Shown here: positions 58,044-64,000 of the stretch, one piece after another | Layout of the letters: every line of letters starts with the position of its first letter | Numbering within the stretch: the stretch's first letter is position 1 | IMG/VR virus record: IMGVR_UViG_3300034190_002630 | Strand: one strand, 5' to 3' | Source of the DNA: a virus | Length of the DNA stretch: 64,000 bases | The notes under the pieces: generated by a model | Told to the model about the DNA's origin: nothing | Database searches by the model: none | The model's input: only the letters and a program-made list of their open reading frames with translations | Program-made: the position numbers and the translations under genes

Positions 58044-58464
58044 CGTCTATCACGAGGCAAAAAATCAAGATATAGACGGCATGTATGCCGTTGCAGATGT
58101 GGTCATGAATAGAGTTGAGGACCACAGATACCCTAACACTGTATGTGGTGTTGTCAAACAAGGCCCAACTAGAGAGTCTTGGAAGACTAGAGAAACACCT
58201 GATCCGAATGATGCAGTATATTACCCAATAAAACATAGATGTCAATTTTCGTGGTATTGTGACGGAAAAGATGATACACCATATAATCCACAGGCATGGC
58301 GTATCGCAGAATCAATCGCAGAAACCACACTAAAATATGGAAGTTTAGTTAATACAATGGGTGCGACACATTATCATGCAGATTATGTACAACCATCATG
58401 GGCAGAAACTAAAACAAAAACAATGAAAGTTGGAAGACATATATTTTATAGGTGGGAAAAATGA
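58000..58464 (+). CDS. Cell wall hydrolase (SleB/Hydrolase_2)
   Basis: CLALNVYHEA, V.NRV, P.TVCGVV.Q, CQFSWYCDG, ATHYHA, G.HIFY. Confidence 0.92.
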   Translation: MWEAINVAVVCLALNVYHEAKNQDIDGMYAVADVVMNRVEDHRYPNTVCGVVKQGPTRESWKTRETPDPNDAVYYPIKHRCQFSWYCDGKDDTPYNPQAWRIAESIAETTLKYGSLVNTMGATHYHADYVQPSWAETKTKTMKVGRHIFYRWEK

Positions 58465-58679
58465 CAGAATTTACGTCTGGTATATTCAATATTATAAAAA
58501 AATCAAGTCTAATTTTGGCCTTGATTTATACAATTGGTCATGTTATAATAGCAATGACTGTTGTATCTGTATTGACGGGTGCGAGTCTGTGGGAGGCAGG
58601 TGCAGTTGCATTAATAGAACCTATAATAAACGGATGTTGGTTTTATATATTACATAAATTAGTATTTAAAAATGATTAA
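58461..58679 (+). CDS. DUF2061-like small membrane protein
   Basis: IYTIGH..IA...V...TG.....AG.VALIEP..N..WFY. Confidence 0.65.
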   Translation: MTEFTSGIFNIIKKSSLILALIYTIGHVIIAMTVVSVLTGASLWEAGAVALIEPIINGCWFYILHKLVFKND

Positions 58680-59010
58680 ACAATATTCAGTATTTCAAAG
58701 AAAGAAAGTAAATAAGTTACCATTGACACCTTCATTGCAAAAAGCAAGAGAAGAACACGAAAGATATTTAGAGTCAATAGGTTATAAAAAAACACCTAGA
58801 TCAGAATTTACTGCATTCAATGATATTAATACAATATTTAATTCTACAAGAAAAATACAAAAGATTTCTAATCCTAAACCTTTAACACATATGGGAAACG
58901 GTGCTCCAAAAAGAAAATCAGTCAAACATAGTTTTACAGTGGCACCTGCATATAATAAAGGTGCATATCAAGTTATACATGAGAATGATATTAAAGATAT
59001 AGGTAAATGA
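58672..59010 (+). CDS. Conserved hypothetical phage protein
   Basis: C-terminal APAYNKGAYQV. Confidence 0.7.
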   Translation: MIKQYSVFQRKKVNKLPLTPSLQKAREEHERYLESIGYKKTPRSEFTAFNDINTIFNSTRKIQKISNPKPLTHMGNGAPKRKSVKHSFTVAPAYNKGAYQVIHENDIKDIGK

Positions 59011-59468
59011 TAGAATTTGATTATAATCTAGATTACAAAAATATATTATTTGAACCTAATGATAAAAGGTATAGAATAGGTAGAGGCGAACAAGGTGTAT
59101 TATTAGTTCGACCATATACAAATGACATATGCCAACATTGGAAATTTAGAACACCAAGAATCGCAGAGATGAGTGCAAAAAAAATATATGGCATGTATGA
59201 ACAATATAAAAAAGATGATGATTTTGTTGGTATGGATATGTGTAGAAAGTTTTTAGAAATGGGATTTACCCGTGCAAGACGATATGCAAACCATAAGAGT
59301 GGTAGGAAATATAATCGTGACGGAACTATTAAACCACAGGCAAAAGACGCTCTAACAAGTAAAAAAGCGGTATCAGCGAGGATATTTAAGGAGTTCAGAG
59401 ATAGATTGACAACTGATCCAAAATATGTTACGATGAGAAAAGAGTGGCGAGATAATGAACATATTTGA
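59007..59468 (+). CDS. DUF4385-family protein
   Basis: YRIGRGEQGVLLV.PY, DFVGMDM.RKFL.MGFTRARRYANHK.G. Confidence 0.85.
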   Translation: MIEFDYNLDYKNILFEPNDKRYRIGRGEQGVLLVRPYTNDICQHWKFRTPRIAEMSAKKIYGMYEQYKKDDDFVGMDMCRKFLEMGFTRARRYANHKSGRKYNRDGTIKPQAKDALTSKKAVSARIFKEFRDRLTTDPKYVTMRKEWRDNEHI

Positions 59469-60000
59469 ATTACATGAAAATCCAATAGAGTGTGCTAAGA
59501 TGCATTGCGACAAACATATTGTCAAAATGCCTATTGAGTATGCTCAACTATTATCTACGGCACACAGAGTTTTAGACGGTGAAGAATATATTGGATCTAC
59601 AAAGACAGGTCGTAAGGCAAAAAGATATAGACTGTTTGATGATAGGGAAAAAAATTTATACATGGCATCTCATATCAAACACCCAGATGGTATTTGGGTA
59701 AGACAGTCATCAGGTAATTATTATAAATTATTTTTTCTTTATATGGCAGTTTTAAAAGAGTTTACACATAGATATGGAAAACAACATGGTGCATCAAGAC
59801 CATCATTTTGGTTACAAAAGTCACCAAACAATATTACAAAAGGAATTGTAACTGAATTACCACAATGTATGCCAGATGATTGTAAAACAGATAATGTAAT
59901 TGACGCATATCATAATTACTATATACACTATAAAAAAGATTTTGCTACATGGAAAAATCGTAATACACCAGAATGGTATTCAAATGGACTTAAAAACTAG
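59455..60000 (+). CDS. Pyrimidine-dimer DNA glycosylase-like (DenV/Pyr_excise-related) protein
   Basis: MNIF.L...P...A..HCDKH.VKM..E.AQLLSTAH, HP...W, PQCMPD. Confidence 0.7.
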   Translation: MNIFELHENPIECAKMHCDKHIVKMPIEYAQLLSTAHRVLDGEEYIGSTKTGRKAKRYRLFDDREKNLYMASHIKHPDGIWVRQSSGNYYKLFFLYMAVLKEFTHRYGKQHGASRPSFWLQKSPNNITKGIVTELPQCMPDDCKTDNVIDAYHNYYIHYKKDFATWKNRNTPEWYSNGLKN

Positions 60001-60208
60001 ACTAATAGAAGTAATAAAAAAAAGCACAGGTGAAGAAATAAAAATGAATTCACATTTTATTGATAATTTAGGATTTGATAGTTTAACAGTGGTGGAGATG
60101 GTTATGAATATGGAAGATGAATTTAATATTGAAATAACTGATGATGAAGTATCTAAATTATCTACAGTACAAACTGCATATGATTTACTAGAAAAGAAAA
60201 ATATTTAA
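59984..60208 (+). CDS. acpP: Acyl carrier protein
   Basis: F..NLGFDSL..VE.VM..E.EF.IEI.D phosphopantetheine motif; acidic, 74 aa. Confidence 0.88.
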   Translation: MDLKTRLIEVIKKSTGEEIKMNSHFIDNLGFDSLTVVEMVMNMEDEFNIEITDDEVSKLSTVQTAYDLLEKKNI

Positions 60209-60507
60209 TGCCCACATATATTCTTAGAAATAAAGACACTGATGAACAACATGAAGAGTTTTGTACGTGGACTGAACTACAAGATTTATTATCGAAAAAT
60301 CCTAAATATGAACAGATGCCAACGGCAGCTGCTTTGGTAGGTGATCATCTTATGGGAGTAGGTCCAAAGATAGATAATGGATTTAAAGATAATTTGACAA
60401 GGATCGCAGATGCTCACCCAGACTCTGCTCTTGCCGAAAGATATGGCACAAAAGATCATAAGAGAATTAAGACAAAACAAGTCTTAAAAAAACATGGGTT
60501 AATGTAG
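60208..60507 (+). CDS. Conserved hypothetical phage protein (FmdB-like N-terminus)
   Basis: MPTY start; GFKD.L.RI...HP.S. Confidence 0.65.
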   Translation: MPTYILRNKDTDEQHEEFCTWTELQDLLSKNPKYEQMPTAAALVGDHLMGVGPKIDNGFKDNLTRIADAHPDSALAERYGTKDHKRIKTKQVLKKHGLM

Positions 60508-60515
60508 GAGATACT

Positions 60516-60788
60516 ATGAGAGATAAAATAATACAGGCAATGAAAGATCATGCCATTGGTCACATAAAAAAACATAAGATGAATGTTGACATATACCTTG
60601 ATAAGGCAGTTGGTGTTGGTGGAGAAGCACACCCAGATGTATTAGAAACTATTGAGAAAGAGTTAAACATAGTTGCAATGTATGATGATCAATTAGAAAT
60701 GTTAAATAAATATTTTAAAGACGAAGAAGCAAAAACTCTTAATGAAGTAGTTCAAGATAAAATAAAGAATGATGACGGTGGATGGTAG
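60516..60788 (+). CDS. Hypothetical protein
   Basis: AGGAG RBS; G.I.KH..NV..YL...VG.G..HPD. Confidence 0.7.
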   Translation: MRDKIIQAMKDHAIGHIKKHKMNVDIYLDKAVGVGGEAHPDVLETIEKELNIVAMYDDQLEMLNKYFKDEEAKTLNEVVQDKIKNDDGGW

Positions 60789-60964
60789 AGGAAAATAAAA
60801 TAGAAAAGTCTTTTGACGAATATTGGGCAGAGGAAGAAAAACTTATGAAGATGAGTTATGGAATGTCTAAACAATGGAGAGAGATGAGACTTAATAAGTC
60901 ACCTGCAAAAGAACTTGTAGATAGATGCGAAGGTAGAGGCGAAAATGGCGAAGAAGAACAATGA
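60782..60964 (+). CDS. Hypothetical protein
   Basis: Short ORF overlapping neighbours. Confidence 0.5.
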   Translation: MVEENKIEKSFDEYWAEEEKLMKMSYGMSKQWREMRLNKSPAKELVDRCEGRGENGEEEQ

Positions 60965-61664
60965 TTTAAATTTAAAAGATATGTTATCACTAAAACCAAT
61001 TGGTGATAATCAAAAGGTTGTTTTTGATACTTGGGAAAAAGGTAAGAATCAATTTGTTTTCGGTGCTGCCGGAACAGGTAAAACATTTATACTTTTATAC
61101 AAAGCATTACAAGATGTATTGAATCCTAATACAGAATATGATAGAGTAATAATAGTTAGATCACTTATTCCTACTAGAGAGATCGGTTTTTTACCTGGTG
61201 ATGAAGAAGATAAGTCAGCATTGTATCAAATTAATTATATGAACATGGTTCGTTTTATGTTTCAACAACCAAATGAACAAGCATTCCTAATGTTATTTGA
61301 TAGACTAAAACAACAAGGAACATTGCATTTTATGTCAACATCTTTTTTACGAGGTTTAACATTTGATAATTCTATAATAATTGTAGATGAGTGTCAGAAT
61401 CTAAACTTTCATGAATTAGATACAATCATTACAAGAGTTGGACAAAATTCAAAGATATCATTTGCCGGTGATTTCTTTCAAACAGATTTAACAAGATCAG
61501 CAGAGAAAAATGGATTACAAGATTTTGTTAGAATATTAGATAACATGCCTTCTTTTAATGTTACAGAATTTAACATTGGTGATATTGTAAGAAGTGGATT
61601 TGTAAAAGAATATTTAATAGAAAAAACAAAGTTAGGTTTTGGAGTCGATAATGAGCAATTTTAA
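60945..61664 (+). CDS. phoH: PhoH-family ATPase
   Basis: GAAGTGKT, IGFLPG, RGLTF, VDECQN, TRVG, GD..Q.DL, DIVRS. Confidence 0.95.
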   Translation: MAKKNNDLNLKDMLSLKPIGDNQKVVFDTWEKGKNQFVFGAAGTGKTFILLYKALQDVLNPNTEYDRVIIVRSLIPTREIGFLPGDEEDKSALYQINYMNMVRFMFQQPNEQAFLMLFDRLKQQGTLHFMSTSFLRGLTFDNSIIIVDECQNLNFHELDTIITRVGQNSKISFAGDFFQTDLTRSAEKNGLQDFVRILDNMPSFNVTEFNIGDIVRSGFVKEYLIEKTKLGFGVDNEQF

Positions 61665-62172
61665 TAAATGTTTAGAAATAGTATTACATCATGAGGGTGG
61701 ATATGTAAATCATCCAAAAGACCCAGGTGGAATGACAAACATGGGTGTTACAAAAAGAGTTTACGAAGAATGGGTTGGTTATTCAGTATCAGAAAACACA
61801 ATGCAAAATTTAAAAGAAGAAGACGTTGCACCAATCTATAAAAAGAATTATTGGGATCGTATTAAAGGAGACCAATTACCTAATGGTTTAGATTTAGTGG
61901 TATTTGACTTTGGTGTTAATGCAGGTACAGGTAGAGCTGCAAAGTTTTTACAGGCGATGATAGGAACTGTTGCCGATGGTGGTATAGGTCCTAATACACT
62001 TGCAAAATTAGATGAATTCATATATAACAATACACTTACAGAAACAATTAGATTGTATCAAGATGAAAGACAAGATTATTATGAATCACTTAGTACATTC
62101 AATACTTTTGGTAAGGGTTGGACGAGAAGAGTAAACGAAACAACAGAGTTTGCATTGGAGATGGCAGAATGA
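61651..62172 (+). CDS. Glycoside hydrolase family 108 lysozyme with PG-binding domain
   Basis: HEGGYVNHPKDPGG.TN.GVT, FD.GVNAG, DG.IGP.T, FGKGW.RR. Confidence 0.93.
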   Translation: MSNFNKCLEIVLHHEGGYVNHPKDPGGMTNMGVTKRVYEEWVGYSVSENTMQNLKEEDVAPIYKKNYWDRIKGDQLPNGLDLVVFDFGVNAGTGRAAKFLQAMIGTVADGGIGPNTLAKLDEFIYNNTLTETIRLYQDERQDYYESLSTFNTFGKGWTRRVNETTEFALEMAE

Positions 62173-62261
62173 TATGTCAAAATTGTGACCATGCGTGTCA
62201 CTGCACAAACGGGGGTTCATGCACATCATGTGAATGTGTAAATTGTGAATGTAGTTCTTAA
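62169..62261 (+). CDS. 30-aa metallothionein-like peptide (not in ORF track)
   Basis: MICQNCDHACHCTNGGSCTSCECVNCECSS: 9 Cys, 2 His; GGAG 8 nt upstream; ATGA overlap with lysozyme stop. Confidence 0.65.
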   Translation: MICQNCDHACHCTNGGSCTSCECVNCECSS

Positions 62262-62286
62262 CAGTAAATACTAATTTACTTATATT

Positions 62287-62991
62287 ATGATAAAAGATAA
62301 AATTTATCCGAAAACACGTGACTTTCCCATGTCTTATAATGAAGACATTACTTTATCTATAGAGACGATTAAAATAATTGGTGCAACATCATTATGGGAT
62401 GTTGGATGTGGAAATGCCGCTTGGTCTATTTGGATTAATAGATATTTAAGTGGTATCATCAAATTTTACTTGTTAGATAATTTTGAATATGTTAATGAAT
62501 TGAATTTTGAAACGATGCCATACTGGTGGCCTAAAAATAAAACAGAACTTATAGAACATTTAGATAATAGTAAAATAGATTATGAGTTTTATGAAACCGA
62601 TATAAAAAATTTACCCAACAAAAAAGTAGATTATATAAGATTAGACACTGATTCTGAAACACAAGAAACTATCGCATGGTGTTTAAATAATTTATCAGAA
62701 AACGGCATTATTCAATGTTGTGATATCAAAATAAACAAATCATTTGACAAAATAATGTTAATGACAGAGCAAGTTGTTAAAGGTAATTTAGAACTTGTTT
62801 GGTTAGGAACAGCAGAGGGAGTATGGTGTAGACCAGGCAATGGTGAAAAAATTAGAAAAAAATTATTAAGTAATAAAAAATTAAAAGAATATTTTGCATA
62901 TTTTAATAATCGTAAATATGAACTAATGGGAAAAACTCATGAATATCTTCGTGCAAAATTAAAAAGGAAGGATGGTTTAAAATATGTTTAA
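62287..62991 (+). CDS. Putative class I SAM-dependent methyltransferase
   Basis: WDVGCGNA, VDYIRLD, L...G. Confidence 0.6.
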   Translation: MIKDKIYPKTRDFPMSYNEDITLSIETIKIIGATSLWDVGCGNAAWSIWINRYLSGIIKFYLLDNFEYVNELNFETMPYWWPKNKTELIEHLDNSKIDYEFYETDIKNLPNKKVDYIRLDTDSETQETIAWCLNNLSENGIIQCCDIKINKSFDKIMLMTEQVVKGNLELVWLGTAEGVWCRPGNGEKIRKKLLSNKKLKEYFAYFNNRKYELMGKTHEYLRAKLKRKDGLKYV

Positions 62992-63658
62992 TCATGTATC
63001 AGTAAATGAATTACCAAAATTAAAAACAGAAAATATAGATAAAAAAAGATACTATATCACACCAGACGGAAACAAGTATCCGTCAATCACTACAGTTTTA
63101 TCATCTAGAAATAAAAAAGGATTATTTGAGTGGCGTAAAAAAGTTGGTGAGGATGTTGCAAACTATGTGGCAAGGACTGCCGCAAATCGTGGAACAAAAG
63201 TGCATCATATGTGTGAAGATTTTTTAAACAACAAAGAAGTTAAAACCGAACCATTTTTTGCAGCCTGTTTGTTTAATCAACTAAAACCTAAAATGATTGA
63301 AAAAATAAACAATATACACTATCAAGAATGTGCGTTGTACTCTGATAAGTTAGGTATTGCAGGTCGTGTAGATTGCATCGCTGAGTATGATGGTAAACTA
63401 TCAATAATAGATTTCAAAACATCATCAAAAGAAAGAAATGATAAATGGAATGAGAACTATTATATTCAAGCATCAGCATATGCTGAGATGTATGAAGAAA
63501 GAACAGGTACACCTATAAGTCAAATAGTTATACTTGTAGTCACTGAAGACGGTACAGTTCAAGAGTTTGTAAGAGAAAAAACTGAGGAATATTTAGATAT
63601 GTTATCATCTGCTTTACAAGATTTTAACAAAACAAGTTTAAGTTATATTAGTGATTAA
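62984..63658 (+). CDS. PD-(D/E)xK exonuclease
   Basis: YPSITTVL, RGT.VH, AGRVDCI, IIDFKTS, Q..AYA. Confidence 0.88.
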   Translation: MFNHVSVNELPKLKTENIDKKRYYITPDGNKYPSITTVLSSRNKKGLFEWRKKVGEDVANYVARTAANRGTKVHHMCEDFLNNKEVKTEPFFAACLFNQLKPKMIEKINNIHYQECALYSDKLGIAGRVDCIAEYDGKLSIIDFKTSSKERNDKWNENYYIQASAYAEMYEERTGTPISQIVILVVTEDGTVQEFVREKTEEYLDMLSSALQDFNKTSLSYISD

Positions 63659-63662
63659 TAAT

Positions 63663-64000
63663 ATGAAAATCTTTAGTGCTGCATTCAATAAACATGATCA
63701 TAATACATATGACGGAGTTTGGCACAATCAATTAGAAAGACACACTAGATTAAAACATAATATACCACATCATAAAGATTCTATAAAAATGAATCGAAAT
63801 GATAATTCTGCCGGTAAACAATTTTACAAAGATTATTGGAATCCACAATCACATGAAATATTTGCATTTACAACCACAGTAGGTGGATTTAATCATATTG
63901 AATCATTGCAAGAACAAAAAAATTTTATGGATTGGGAACCTGATTGTTTGTGGGATTATAAAAAAGAGGGAAACTTATATTATATTGATCATCATCAATC
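63663..64000 (+). CDS. Carbamoyltransferase (NodU/CmcH family) N-terminus, 3'-truncated by window
   Basis: HD.N, ER.TR.KH, and IDHHQS at the window edge. Confidence 0.7.
   Translation, partial: MKIFSAAFNKHDHNTYDGVWHNQLERHTRLKHNIPHHKDSIKMNRNDNSAGKQFYKDYWNPQSHEIFAFTTTVGGFNHIESLQEQKNFMDWEPDCLWDYKKEGNLYYIDHHQ

Noticed and set aside
363-58657. Short alternative-frame + strand ORFs (363..650, 3572..3763, 12462..12656, 30570..30773, 41273..41458, 45120..45341, 52358..52594, 54043..54309, 58430..58657)
   Set aside because: Nested in recognised genes with no independent initiation signals or motifs
315-62030. All minus-strand ORFs in the track (e.g. 12076..12570, 25635..26258, 30694..31167)
   Set aside because: They lie antisense to well-supported + strand genes, lack RBS and motifs, and read as codon-bias shadows

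Overview
AT-rich (roughly 30% GC by eye) 64-kb segment of a T4-like myovirus genome, most likely a marine pelagimyophage-type phage of an alphaproteobacterial (SAR11-like) host; the host is inferred from gene content (bS21, csgF/csgG, Hsp20, CobS, PhoH, ACP) and is not shown directly. All credible genes are on the + strand. Order: VWA/peptidase-CobS-Hsp20; replication core gp45-gp44-[DegT aminotransferase, glycosyltransferase, DesII-like radical SAM]-gp62-regA-[amidinotransferase]-gp43-[Asn-synthase-like amide ligase, C5-cytosine MTase homolog with Arg in motif X, CmoA-like carboxy-SAM synthase]-uvsX-gp41; a late block of virion, internal-head and tail-fibre-like genes; membrane/spanin genes; primase, NrdA, Grx-NrdB fusion; a curli (CsgF/CsgG/curlin)-FecR-CHASE2 adenylate cyclase module; early genes, bS21, RNase H, SleB, ACP, PhoH, GH108 lysozyme, exonuclease and a truncated carbamoyltransferase. 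The strongest lead is a three-gene carboxymethylcytosine-type DNA hypermodification cassette (13522-16183) in the slot where T4 keeps its hmC genes. Other leads are a structured RNA with an anti-Shine-Dalgarno loop (57452-57590), a ROSE-like thermometer before hsp20, apparent leaderless replication mRNAs, a DesII-like sugar cassette and an unannotated 30-aa metallothionein-like ORF. No tRNA, rRNA, CRISPR array, intron or intein was recognised. Family assignments are from motif recognition, not database searches.
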